DNA of 64,000 nucleotides from NCBI RefSeq assembly GCF_053078305.1, contig NZ_CP166879.1; one strand, 5' to 3'. Shown piece by piece: positions 1 to 8,565 of this stretch (position 1 is its first letter; each line of letters starts with the position of its first letter). The notes under the pieces were generated by a model. It saw only the letters and a program-made list of their open reading frames with translations, ran no database searches and was not told where the DNA came from. The position numbers and the translations under genes were made by a program.

Positions 1-896
1 AAACCGTGCACTGACAGAAAACGGGAAACCTCCGTCCGCTGATCATCACTCATTAAGGACCACACAAAGGCGTTATGCTCATCTTCAAGTTTCCGTCTTC
101 TTGTTTGCCTTACAAGCAACTCAGCCGTCACCTGTACAATGTCAATGACCTCCTTCTCTTCAGCAATGTACGGCCTGTTCCAGTTGTCTGTGTTAATCTT
201 CTCCGTCACCGGCGCTGACTTTTTGCAAGTTTCCCCATTAAACCCGACGCCATAAACAACAACATCATCGCTTTGCTTTTCGTTATCAATAATGACGAAT
301 AATACAGAAACCGATGTATCAGCGAACCCGCCTGAAATCTGAACCAACTCAACAACGCGGTTGCCAAAATACTGACGCATTGCCAGCTCACCACGCCTGT
401 AACCAACCCCGGGAAAGCACAAAAAAAATGAAAATCTTGCCTTCATGCTCGCCAGAACATAAAACGCGTCATCCAGAACACCGGAGGTCTTTTTATAAGG
501 CATCATCGCTGAAATCTTCTCCCTGATATCCGCGCTCTGTGCTTTGTACTGTAGCGAAAAAGGCGGATTCATGATGACACAATCGAACGTGTCCGTGTCA
601 CTGACATCATCGATGGCGTTGAAGAAATTTTCATTGACCGTCTTCACTGTGGCATCCGGGAAATTATCCGGGATATGCACCAACGGAGAGGCCTGTATAT
701 CCACAGCATACAGACTTCCCACCGTGAGAAACTGCTCCAGTTGCCCGGAGCCACACGCACCATCAAAAATACTCAGGGGCAGATCACCACAATATTCCCG
801 CACTTTTTCAGCGACAAACCGACGCAAAGGAACGGACGTGATGTACTCTGCGTATTTTCTGGCGACATCGCGATTATTGGACTCCTGAAAAACCAT
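1..896 (-). CDS. DNA N6-adenine methyltransferase, gamma-class; N-terminal 298 codons only, gene continues past the window start
   Basis: Open frame from ATG at 896 to position 1 with no stop; motif I FDGACGSGQ then motif IV IMNPPF about 57 aa later; weak RBS; not in the ORF track because no stop lies in the window. Confidence 0.55.
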   Translation of the reverse strand, partial: MVFQESNNRDVARKYAEYITSVPLRRFVAEKVREYCGDLPLSIFDGACGSGQLEQFLTVGSLYAVDIQASPLVHIPDNFPDATVKTVNENFFNAIDDVSDTDTFDCVIMNPPFSLQYKAQSADIREKISAMMPYKKTSGVLDDAFYVLASMKARFSFFLCFPGVGYRRGELAMRQYFGNRVVELVQISGGFADTSVSVLFVIIDNEKQSDDVVVYGVGFNGETCKKSAPVTEKINTDNWNRPYIAEEKEVIDIVQVTAELLVRQTRRRKLEDEHNAFVWSLMSDDQRTEVSRFLSVHG

Positions 897-981
897 TTGT
901 GAAAGGCTCTGTGGTTGATATGCGCCGGGCGTGGCGCGGAGGCAAAAAAGGCCCACAAAAGCGAGCCAGGAAAAATAAGTG

Positions 982-1058
982 TGGTGCGTTGTACTGGATT
1001 CGAACCAGTGACCGATTGCTTAGAAGGCAATTGCTCTGTCCGGCTGAGCTAACAACGC
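982..1058 (-). tRNA. Phage-encoded tRNA-Arg (anticodon UCU)
   Basis: 77-nt cloverleaf by hand folding: acceptor GCGTTGT/ACAACGC, anticodon stem ATTGC/GCAAT, loop CTTCTAA, T-loop TTCGAAT, 3' CCA. Confidence 0.75.
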
Positions 1059-1071
1059 AGTGTACAGATAA

Positions 1072-1148
1072 TGGACCGCCATCGAGGACTCGAACCCCGC
1101 GCAACCAGCTTCGAAGGCTGGCGCTCTATCCCGATGAGCTAATGGCGG
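1072..1148 (-). tRNA. Phage-encoded tRNA-Arg (anticodon UCG)
   Basis: 77-nt cloverleaf: acceptor CCGCCAT/ATGGCGG, anticodon stem CCAGC/GCTGG, loop CTTCGAA, T-loop TTCGAGT, 3' CCA. Confidence 0.7.
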
Positions 1149-1155
1149 TATGTGA

Positions 1156-1231
1156 TGGTGGCCCTTGCTGGATTTGAACCAGCGACCTGGCGATTATGAG
1201 TCGCTCGCTCTCACCACTGAGCTAAAGGGCC
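1156..1231 (-). tRNA. Phage-encoded tRNA-Ile2-like (anticodon CAU, lysidine type; Met not excluded)
   Basis: 76-nt cloverleaf closely resembling E. coli ileX as I recall it; anticodon loop CTCATAA; 3' CCA. Confidence 0.7.
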
Positions 1232-1271
1232 GGGCGCAGGATAATAACGGTACGTAACTAATCCTGCAATA

Positions 1272-2330
1272 TCATCCGTTCTGACTGGCTAAATCCTGAA
1301 CTTCCCTGACCGTCTGCTCAAAACGTTCAGTCTCCAGCTCAACGCCAGTTGCACGACGCCCCAGCGCCATCGCTGCTTTGACTGTCGAACCCGACCCCAT
1401 GAAAAAATCTGCAACCAGGTCACCCGGACGACTGCTCGCGCTGATTATCTGCTGCAGCATTTCTGCCGGTTTTTCGCACGGATGTTTCCCGGGATAGTAC
1501 TGCACCGGTTTATGCGTCCACACATCGGTGTACGGCACCTGCGCCGTCACGCCAAAATACCGCCGCAGATGCTTATATTCACTCTGCAGTTCCGTATAGT
1601 GTCGGTTCAGTTCACTGTATGTGCTGACCAGTTGGTGATGTGGCTTTTCCAGTTCTCCGCGCTGATGCTTCTCTTCTGCCACCCGGGCAAACAGCGCCTG
1701 TAATTTCAGATAATCGCTTTCGTCCGGTAGCTGCCACTGACTGGCACTGAACCAGTGCGACACCATGTTTTTCTTTCCTGTGGCATCAGCAATCTGTTTT
1801 GCCGTTATCCCCAGGGCAGCACGTGCATCACGAAAGTAAGCAATCAGCGGGGCCATCACATGCTGTTTCAGTGCCCTGCCCTTCGCCTCATACCCGGCAT
1901 CTTTCGGACGATACGGCCCCTGATAATGTTCCGCGAACAGAATGCGCTCTGTGGCGGGGAAATACGCCCTCAGGCTTTCCTTGTTGCACCCGTTCCAGCG
2001 TCCGGACGGCTTCGCCCAGATAATATGGTTCAGCACACTGAAGCGTTCACGCATCATGATTTCAATGTCAGATGCCAGGCGATGGCCACAGAACAGGTAA
2101 AGACTTCCGGCAGGTTTCAGCACCCGCCAGAACTGCGCCAGACACTGGTCCAGCCACTTCAGGTAATCATCGTCGCCCTTCCACTGGTTATCCCAGCCCT
2201 CAGGCTTCACTTTAAAGTACGGCGGGTCCGTGACTATCAGGTCAACAGAATTTTCGGGTAACGACCGGATAAATTCCAGGCAGTCGGCGTTGATTAACTC
2301 ACAACTGGATATTTTTACAGTATTAAGCAT
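1272..2330 (-). CDS. DNA methyltransferase, beta-class (N6-adenine or N4-cytosine), prophage orphan type
   Basis: 352-aa ORF; motif IV DPPY near the N-terminus (LIVTDPPYF) and motif I FxGxG near the C-terminus (DFFMGSGST). Confidence 0.8.
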   Translation of the reverse strand: MLNTVKISSCELINADCLEFIRSLPENSVDLIVTDPPYFKVKPEGWDNQWKGDDDYLKWLDQCLAQFWRVLKPAGSLYLFCGHRLASDIEIMMRERFSVLNHIIWAKPSGRWNGCNKESLRAYFPATERILFAEHYQGPYRPKDAGYEAKGRALKQHVMAPLIAYFRDARAALGITAKQIADATGKKNMVSHWFSASQWQLPDESDYLKLQALFARVAEEKHQRGELEKPHHQLVSTYSELNRHYTELQSEYKHLRRYFGVTAQVPYTDVWTHKPVQYYPGKHPCEKPAEMLQQIISASSRPGDLVADFFMGSGSTVKAAMALGRRATGVELETERFEQTVREVQDLASQNG

Positions 2331-2476
2331 GGATCATTAAGCCTGTCTCTGATAGGCTCATTCTGCTTTTGCGCAAAGCAGTGGGCCTGAGGTTTGCTTG
2401 TGATCCGGACGCATGAGCAGATGGCTGGTGAGTGCCCCTAACACCCACCAGCCGCCCATTTACCACAAATAAAAAA

Positions 2477-2494
2477 GCCTTCAGGACTGAAGGC
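2477..2494 (-). terminator. Rho-independent terminator stem after the small ORF; the U-tract is the A6 run at 2471-2476
   Basis: Inverted repeat GCCTTCAG.GACTGAAGGC followed on the minus strand by T6. Confidence 0.4.
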
Positions 2495-2678
2495 GTCTGT
2501 AACAACCGAACTGATAGTCTGCCAGACCCGCCATAACAAGCTGGGTCAGTATTAACTGGCAGCGTTCACGTGAAAGATAAGTATTCTGCGCAATCTCCCC
2601 GACTGTCGCCGGTTCGGTGGCACTTAATTCATTAAACACCACTCTGGCGGTTTCTGTCATATCCTGCTGTTTCAGCAT
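2481..2678 (-). CDS. Hypothetical small protein (65 aa) between two terminators downstream of the Q-like gene
   Basis: ORF with ATG at 2678 preceded by AAGGGA; ORF track gives the longer 2481..2714 version. Confidence 0.4.
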   Translation of the reverse strand: MLKQQDMTETARVVFNELSATEPATVGEIAQNTYLSRERCQLILTQLVMAGLADYQFGCYRRLQS

Positions 2679-2801
2679 GTCTTTTTCCCTTTTCCGGTTA
2701 ACGTGACACACCAATAACTCTTGTCAAAAAAGCCAGCAAGCTGAAAGACCGGTATTCACCACCACCAGCGCGTTTACTGTACTGACGAGATTTTCGGACA
2801 T

Positions 2802-2830
2802 AAAAAAAACCACCTGGCGGTGGTTTTTTC
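2802..2830 (-). terminator. Bidirectional rho-independent terminator; candidate tR'-like terminator of the late leader transcript
   Basis: Stem ACCACC / GGTGGT with loop TGGC, flanked by A8 and T6. Confidence 0.5.
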
Positions 2831-2839
2831 TTACTTTGC

Positions 2840-2910
2840 CATCGCGTACAAAATCGGCAAAATATCAGATTTATACGAAACATACGCGATTTAATTGACT
2901 TTTGCAATAT
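2840..2910 (-). promoter_or_regulatory. Candidate late promoter (pR'-like) with possible Q-utilisation region
   Basis: Minus-strand TTGCAA, 17-nt spacer, TATGTT just 3' of the Q-like gene; position inferred from lambdoid architecture. Confidence 0.3.
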
Positions 2911-3586
2911 CTCGTCGTGAAAAGGTCGCTTTTTGTTGCGCTCTTATTTTCACGGAGCAAATCAAGGATTCTCTATCGAGGCGCTTAAAAATATCGCACA
3001 TCTCACGCCAGTAGTTCGCATAATTATGGCTCCAGTTATCAGGCTTAACTCCACACAGTCTGGCAAGCTCCTGTCTCTGGTAGACCTCACACCCGGTAAC
3101 CCATCCTCTGACATCCTGTGCCGCCAGCCAGATCAACTTCTTCACACGCTCCAGCGTTTTCACTGCAATTTTTCTGGAGCCGGACTGAGTTTTAAATTCA
3201 CTCCACACCCACTGTGTTATGGTGACCTGATCTTCCCAGCAAACATTTCCACTGTAGCACCACAGTAACCACGCCTTCTGATGTTCTTCCAGTTCCAGAA
3301 CGGCACGCCGCCACGATGATGTTGCAAACTCAACCGGACTGACCAGAGCAATTGACGTCCCTTTCGCCAGTGATTGTTTGCCCGGGATCGGTGGATTATC
3401 CCGCGTGATCATTTTTCCGGTTACCTCATCGCGGTAACGAATTTTTTTACGTCTGTAACGCCCTGTATCGAACAGGGCATTTTCCTGCCAGGCTTCCAGC
3501 TGGCCTTTTGTCGACCCACTGAGATCCGCAGTGGCAATCATGAGTTGCTCACGAACAAACTGTAAATACTGGCTATTCATGCACAC
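2891..3586 (-). CDS. Putative late-gene antiterminator (Q-like, QuuQ-type)
   Basis: 231-aa ORF directly downstream of rusA and upstream of the terminator and late region; identity is positional plus weak recollection of the family. Confidence 0.5.
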   Translation of the reverse strand: MCMNSQYLQFVREQLMIATADLSGSTKGQLEAWQENALFDTGRYRRKKIRYRDEVTGKMITRDNPPIPGKQSLAKGTSIALVSPVEFATSSWRRAVLELEEHQKAWLLWCYSGNVCWEDQVTITQWVWSEFKTQSGSRKIAVKTLERVKKLIWLAAQDVRGWVTGCEVYQRQELARLCGVKPDNWSHNYANYWREMCDIFKRLDRESLICSVKIRAQQKATFSRRDIAKVN

Positions 3587-3935
3587 CCACCTCTGTAATT
3601 CTTATCTCCAGCCGTCCACCAGATACTGGCTGGCCACGTACAATATTGATTTCATCAAACTGCTCATCGTCCATTAACAACCCCGCGTGCGTCAGCGCAT
3701 CCAGCGGTGCTTTCAGAATATTGTCCAGGTCACGGCGGCGCTTATCCGGTGGCTCTGCAATAATTTTTATTGCCAGCCGTCCGGACAGGCTTAATTTCAG
3801 TCGCTGCTGGCGAACAATAAGCGCCACTGCCCGGCGATAACGCTCCCCGGCTTTTGATACAAAATATGTGCTGCCACGGCGTCGCCAGTAAGTGTTCACC
3901 GTCGGCGGGTAAGGTAAAACCAAATCTATGAGCAT
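3573..3935 (-). CDS. rusA: Holliday junction resolvase RusA
   Basis: 120 aa; conserved RRRDLDN catalytic region; typical size and nin-region location. Confidence 0.8.
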   Translation of the reverse strand: MLIDLVLPYPPTVNTYWRRRGSTYFVSKAGERYRRAVALIVRQQRLKLSLSGRLAIKIIAEPPDKRRRDLDNILKAPLDALTHAGLLMDDEQFDEINIVRGQPVSGGRLEIRITEVGVHE

Positions 3936-3947
3936 CAGTCACCTCTT

Positions 3948-4997
3948 TTACCCGAGCACGCCAGTCGCAAAGGCGTGATCAAGAAAACGAAAAATTAACT
4001 CAATCTGAGAGCCGTACTTTTTCTCAAACTCCAGCGGGTCTGCATGAAGTTCGTTGTGGTGCTCCCGGCACAACGGTAGCGTGAAAATATCGTGGGCCTT
4101 TGTCCCCATTCCCCCCTGACCATGACCAATCAGGTGATGCGGATCGTCAGCAGGCTTACCACAACACGCACACGGCTGTGTCTTTACCCAGCGCGTGTAT
4201 TTCTCATTAACCCAACGGCGACGTTTAGGCCGCCTCATGAACGATTCAGGAGACTCCGGATCAACGGCGATACTGACAACCGTTTTTTTCTGTGGTGGAT
4301 TTTGTTGCTGGTGGACGTGAAGTGGCAGCGCAATATTTTTTGTGCGCTGCTTCAGTATGCTGATGGCTGTCTGTTCTCCCGGTACGATGTCACTCTCACG
4401 GTATACGGAGCGGATTTTTTCCGCTGGTAATCCCAGCGAACGACGCGCTACTGCCTCAGGTAGTGCATCCACCACCTGATTGCAGGCCGCCCACCAGGAT
4501 AATTCGGCCAGCGATAACTCCCTCTCCTGCGTGCCGCTTATTGCGTGACGGATGACGTCAATCATCCAGGCAACCAGATTCTGCTGAGCAAGTTGATCGA
4601 GTGATTCTGATGTCTGGTCGCGCAGCTGGTTGTCACAGTGCCAGCACAACACCATCGCGCCGGTACCGTAACGGTGAATGACGGTTTCGCTGTGATGATA
4701 ATCGCCGTGTGGCCACTGGCAGGATTTCACGTGACGTAATAACCAGTCAGACAGTGCACCTGCACCACCCGCAGCACGAATCACCCGTTCGTTGCTGAAA
4801 AATGGCAGTAATGTTTTATCCTCTGCCAGCGGCTGTCGAACGGCGGGAACGACTCCGGACGGCAGACCGCGCATGTTTTTCGGTTCCGGCTCCACCAATA
4901 TTCTGCCGTTATGGAATGCTGACATTGATTCACGGCCCGGCTTAAGGAGCACCATCCCGAGTTCCGGTACCAGAACAGGTCGAAGTAATACCCGCAC
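3948..4997 (-). CDS. Prophage protein, DUF968/YdfU-like
   Basis: 349-aa ORF; Cys/His-rich C-terminal region (CACCGK...HH...CREHHNELH); position upstream of rusA as in Qin-type prophages. Confidence 0.55.
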   Translation of the reverse strand: MRVLLRPVLVPELGMVLLKPGRESMSAFHNGRILVEPEPKNMRGLPSGVVPAVRQPLAEDKTLLPFFSNERVIRAAGGAGALSDWLLRHVKSCQWPHGDYHHSETVIHRYGTGAMVLCWHCDNQLRDQTSESLDQLAQQNLVAWMIDVIRHAISGTQERELSLAELSWWAACNQVVDALPEAVARRSLGLPAEKIRSVYRESDIVPGEQTAISILKQRTKNIALPLHVHQQQNPPQKKTVVSIAVDPESPESFMRRPKRRRWVNEKYTRWVKTQPCACCGKPADDPHHLIGHGQGGMGTKAHDIFTLPLCREHHNELHADPLEFEKKYGSQIELIFRFLDHAFATGVLG

Positions 4998-4998
4998 G

Positions 4999-5268
4999 TT
5001 ACCTCCAGATGCGCTGCTGGAATGTGCGGGACGGACGCGGTGGGCGTTCGGAATAAGGGAGCCTGACGGAGATTATCCAGTGACGACGATCGAAGCTGAG
5101 ATCTTTCTGAAACTCGTAACCACGTCTGCGGTAGCACTGGATCAGCCATTCGGCCTGTTCTTCAGTGCATGGGGGATGCTGGTACCAGTCGGTTTTAAAT
5201 ACGTGCGAACGCCGCCCTTGCCTACTGGCAAGGGCGGCAGAATTGTGCAATCTGGTATCGTGCGCCAT
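4999..5268 (-). CDS. Hypothetical prophage protein (89 aa)
   Basis: ATG at 5268 with GGAG 7 nt upstream; ORF track extends to a GTG at 5286. Confidence 0.4.
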   Translation of the reverse strand: MAHDTRLHNSAALASRQGRRSHVFKTDWYQHPPCTEEQAEWLIQCYRRRGYEFQKDLSFDRRHWIISVRLPYSERPPRPSRTFQQRIWR

Positions 5269-5321
5269 CGGGATCTCCGGTGGCACGGTGTTTCTCAGCG
5301 ACGGTTCAAGTCAGCCTGATT

Positions 5322-5594
5322 TTATAGCTGCTTCTGAATATCATCAACAGGTAATCCTGCCAACTCTCTTACCTCAGAAAGAAGAGAAAGGCTTACAACA
5401 ACCTCATTACTTCGCATAACAAAACCACATTGAAAAGAACCATCACTGTTTCTGTAAACAACAACCGGGCGCGTGCTCTCATAAAACCCCGGGATCAAAC
5501 TGGCTGGGATTTTCACAACACCTCCTGACGTAAAGGAAATGAAATGCATTATCGCTTCTCTCGGACTATAACCATGAAAAGAGACGCATTTCAC
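5322..5594 (-). CDS. Hypothetical prophage protein
   Basis: ORF only; start uncertain. Confidence 0.3.
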   Translation of the reverse strand: MKCVSFHGYSPREAIMHFISFTSGGVVKIPASLIPGFYESTRPVVVYRNSDGSFQCGFVMRSNEVVVSLSLLSEVRELAGLPVDDIQKQL

Positions 5595-5772
5595 TCAGTA
5601 AATCTGAGGATTTTATGCGCAAAAACAATGACTTTTTCTGTCTGCCGTTTATACAATCTGAATTACGTCTGTTTTTTGAACAACGATAAATCAGCAAACA
5701 TTCTCAAATAAAGATTGCCTCCATAGTCCACATGGTGTAACACTATGTGTTATATAAAATGCAGAGGCAGGT

Positions 5773-6144
5773 ATGCGAATTTTCAAAAACGCCTGGTTTG
5801 AACGTTTCGCCCGAAAACATCGGATTTCCGATAAATCGCTGCGCGAAATCGTGGAGCAGGCCGATAAGGGGATCATATCCGCAAATTTGGGTAGTGGTGT
5901 CATTAAACAAAGATTAGCCCGAAGTGGTGGCGGAAAATCAGGCGGTTACCGGACAATAATTTTTTACCGCGTTGCAGAAAAAGCCTTTTTCATCTACGCA
6001 TACGCAAAGAATGAACGAGAGAATATCACCGCTATAGAGGAAAATGCTTTTCGAAAAGCCGCTCCCCATGTCCTCAATCTTACTGATGAACAGCTGGCAC
6101 AATTGATTCTACAAGGCCAGTTCACGGAGGTACCCAATGAGTAA
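5773..6144 (+). CDS. Type II toxin, RelE/ParE superfamily (HigB-2-like)
   Basis: 123 aa; GGGKSGGYRTIIFY motif resembling the HigB-2 toxin family; 8-nt overlap with the downstream HTH gene. Confidence 0.6.
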   Translation: MRIFKNAWFERFARKHRISDKSLREIVEQADKGIISANLGSGVIKQRLARSGGGKSGGYRTIIFYRVAEKAFFIYAYAKNERENITAIEENAFRKAAPHVLNLTDEQLAQLILQGQFTEVPNE

Positions 6145-6454
6145 AAATTACCGCAGTGATGCACTTGCATCTGTACATGAAATGATGGAGTCACTCCATG
6201 ATATCGGTGCAATCACAAAACAAACTATGCGCGAATTCGATGAAACTTGTCTTCAGCCTGCGCCGGTAATGTCTCCAGAAAGGATCCGTGCACTGCGAGA
6301 ACGAGAGCATCTGTCTCAACCTGTTTTTGCCAGATACCTCAACGTCAGTAAAAACCTGATATCAGACTGGGAACGAGGAGTGAAACGCCCGGGAGGTGCA
6401 GCTCTTCGGCTTCTTTCAGTTGTCGAGAAAAACGGGATCCAGGTAATATCCTGA
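6137..6454 (+). CDS. HTH (XRE-type) antitoxin partner, HigA-2-like
   Basis: 105 aa; helix-turn-helix segment LSQPVFARYLNVSKNLISDWERG; translationally coupled to the toxin. Confidence 0.6.
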   Translation: MSKNYRSDALASVHEMMESLHDIGAITKQTMREFDETCLQPAPVMSPERIRALREREHLSQPVFARYLNVSKNLISDWERGVKRPGGAALRLLSVVEKNGIQVIS

Positions 6455-6524
6455 TATTCTAATACAACAAAACCCGCCGAAGCAGGTTAAGTGCGGGTGC
6501 GTTGAGGATGCCTGGCACATCAGA

Positions 6525-6547
6525 GGTGGCGAGGGATTTCTCCCTCG
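6525..6547 (-). other. Stable stem-loop just 3' of hok; possible 3' fold-back element of the hok mRNA
   Basis: Perfect 9-bp stem GGCGAGGGA / TCCCTCGCC with loop TTTC; no U-tract. Confidence 0.35.
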
Positions 6548-6556
6548 CCTGGTCTC

Positions 6557-6712
6557 TTACTCCTCAGGTTCGTAAGCTGTGAAGACAGCGACCTCCGTCT
6601 GGCCGGTTCGGATTCGTACCTCGCAGAGGTCTTTCCTCGTTACCAGTGCCGTCACTATGACGGTTAAACAGATGACGATCAGGGCGATTAACATCGCCTT
6701 TTGCTGCTTCAT
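6557..6712 (-). CDS. hok: Hok-family type I toxin (HokD/RelF-like)
   Basis: 51-aa product MKQQKAMLIALIVICLTVIVTALVTRKDLCEVRIRTGQTEVAVFTAYEPEE; the ORF-track extension upstream is mok-like. Confidence 0.85.
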   Translation of the reverse strand: MKQQKAMLIALIVICLTVIVTALVTRKDLCEVRIRTGQTEVAVFTAYEPEE

Positions 6713-6983
6713 AGCCTGCTTCTCCTTGCCTTTCGGCACGTAAGAGGCTAACCTACATTTGTGAGACATAGATTGGGCCTCAGATTAATGTTAAGCGTCT
6801 TGCAGGACGCGAAATGTTAACTGGGGCTTTTCTCTATCTGCCTTTTGGTGTTCATGCCTGAGACAGATAGCCTCAAGCACCCGCAGCGATTTTACAGAAA
6901 TAAGTTATTATTTTCTATCTCACCCTTCACTTATCTCATTCCTAGCTATACTCATCGTTCACACAACATTAAAGGGCATAAAA

Positions 6984-7157
6984 ATGACCGTTCATGGTAT
7001 ACAGGAAGGCAGTATTGTTAACTTACGTGAAAAAGATGGGGAATGGCTTGTAGTACAAACTATTAAAAACGACGACCTTACATATCAACTCCGAAATACA
7101 GATACCAGCGAAGAAGTAAACGTCGCACTTCAGGACATTATCTCCCCAAATAAATAA
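6984..7157 (+). CDS. Hypothetical small protein (57 aa)
   Basis: ATG at 6984 with AAGGG upstream and a TTCACT / TATACT promoter-like pair at 6926-6952; below the ORF-track size cut-off. Confidence 0.3.
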   Translation: MTVHGIQEGSIVNLREKDGEWLVVQTIKNDDLTYQLRNTDTSEEVNVALQDIISPNK

Positions 7158-7279
7158 TCAAATTAGCGGGGCGAACAATGCCCCGCACTGTGCTACTTAT
7201 CATCCCCAGCGGCAAATCGAATACACCACCAGCGCCACCGCCATTGCAATACCAACATTTGAGAAGGCTTCAGGCCAGC

Positions 7280-7633
7280 TCATTGGCGCACCTCCTTCGG
7301 CGGTTCTGGTAGCGACATCCAGTGTGTGGCTTCACACACGATGGGCGCACCGAAACACTGCGCATACTGGAAGTCACCCGTATTATCCAGGTTAAAACCT
7401 GTAAACTGTTCACCCGTGCTGGACACAAACAGTTGTACATCAACACCAACTGGCGGCATTCGCTCACTACAGCTTATCCAACCATCCGGAGTTACCGGAG
7501 AATTGCCAGCCTTGCGCATGGCAATCTCCATGATTTCAACCATATCTCCTGGTGGAATTTTACAAAGTTGCCCAATACATTTCTGCTGCCTGGCATATTC
7601 GAGGATGTGCTCCAGCTTGATACGATTAATCAT
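7280..7633 (-). CDS. DUF551-like prophage protein
   Basis: 117 aa with C-terminal THWMSLPEPPK motif typical of DUF551; ATGA overlap with the upstream gene. Confidence 0.55.
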   Translation of the reverse strand: MINRIKLEHILEYARQQKCIGQLCKIPPGDMVEIMEIAMRKAGNSPVTPDGWISCSERMPPVGVDVQLFVSSTGEQFTGFNLDNTGDFQYAQCFGAPIVCEATHWMSLPEPPKEVRQ

Positions 7634-7983
7634 GATTTATCTCCCTGAAGCATGGCTTCGCGGCAGTCGTTCCAGCCTTCAGCATAATCACTATACGCAA
7701 GAGGCCAACCGTTTATGTATTCACGCGGCAACTTATCAGGCACTGGCGGGGCGGCGTATAGCTGGTGCGTTCCATCAGGCAGCGAGTGACCAACATACTC
7801 ACCGAACCCGTCAACACACATGCACCCATCTTCAATAATACATGAAGCTACAGGCTTCGCTTCCAGCGATGCCAGTGCGATAAGAGCCAGCTCACGAATT
7901 TCACCGCCGTCTATATCGTCAATGTCATCGCGGCCAGAAATGTTAGCCAGCCATTGCAGTCGCTCTTTGGTAATAGTGGTCAT
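7630..7983 (-). CDS. Hypothetical prophage protein
   Basis: 117-aa ORF tightly packed in the operon. Confidence 0.5.
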   Translation of the reverse strand: MTTITKERLQWLANISGRDDIDDIDGGEIRELALIALASLEAKPVASCIIEDGCMCVDGFGEYVGHSLPDGTHQLYAAPPVPDKLPREYINGWPLAYSDYAEGWNDCREAMLQGDKS

Positions 7984-7984
7984 C

Positions 7985-8329
7985 TCACTCTCCTTCTATG
8001 CGAATACCAGCAGCAGTCAGTACTGCATTGACCTCATCAGCGTAGTAGTACGTTAATCCACTTGATGATTTAGCCAGCTTGAATGGTTCTGGTAACTTCA
8101 CTGTGCGGGACTCCTGCTCGTCGATACGCTGTTTTGCTTCCTCCAGTTCATCCAGCAAATCAGCGATAATATCCACTTCACGATGACGGATTTCACGCTT
8201 AAACGCAGCCAAAGCTGCATCACAATCCTGCTCAGCGTTTGGACTGTCTGGTTTCTCCTGATACCACGCCAGCATCGACCGATAGTTTTGTGCTGCCTCA
8301 CGCAGCGCCTGATAATTAATCCCACTCAC
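7985..8329 (-). CDS. Hypothetical prophage protein (114 aa), GTG start
   Basis: GTG at 8329 preceded by AAGGAGG and overlapping the upstream TGA stop (GTGA); the ORF track's longer 7985..8509 version is probably over-extended. Confidence 0.45.
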   Translation of the reverse strand: MSGINYQALREAAQNYRSMLAWYQEKPDSPNAEQDCDAALAAFKREIRHREVDIIADLLDELEEAKQRIDEQESRTVKLPEPFKLAKSSSGLTYYYADEVNAVLTAAGIRIEGE

Positions 8330-8565
8330 TGGTTGCCTCCTTTGTGGATCTGCGCTGCGATGCACGAAAAAAAAAGACTCCCGCGTATGACTGTTAAGAG
8401 CTGGTGCGAACGCCGCGTTAAGAACGGCAGCATCACAGCCGTCATTGATATAGAGCGCAATTTTTTCTCCAGGCGCGCTTTGGCTTCCTGCAACTGCATA
8501 CCCCGGCACGCACGCGGGATATACTCAGCAATTTGAGCGATAGATTTTTCGTTCTGTTTAAACAT
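8326..8565 (-). CDS. Hypothetical prophage protein (79 aa)
   Basis: ORF ending in the GGAGG-containing junction that couples to the next gene. Confidence 0.4.
   Translation of the reverse strand: MFKQNEKSIAQIAEYIPRACRGMQLQEAKARLEKKLRSISMTAVMLPFLTRRSHQLLTVIRGSLFFSCIAAQIHKGGNQ

Noticed and set aside
1-980. Looked for Shiga-toxin genes downstream of the phage tRNA cluster, as in Stx-converting phages
   Set aside because: No stxA- or stxB-sized ORF is present; the only long open frame encodes a methyltransferase.
7985-8509. 174-aa ORF in the ORF track
   Set aside because: Its 5' part overlaps a better-supported 79-aa gene in another frame, and a GTG start with AAGGAGG at 8329 gives a 114-aa gene with the coupling typical of this operon.
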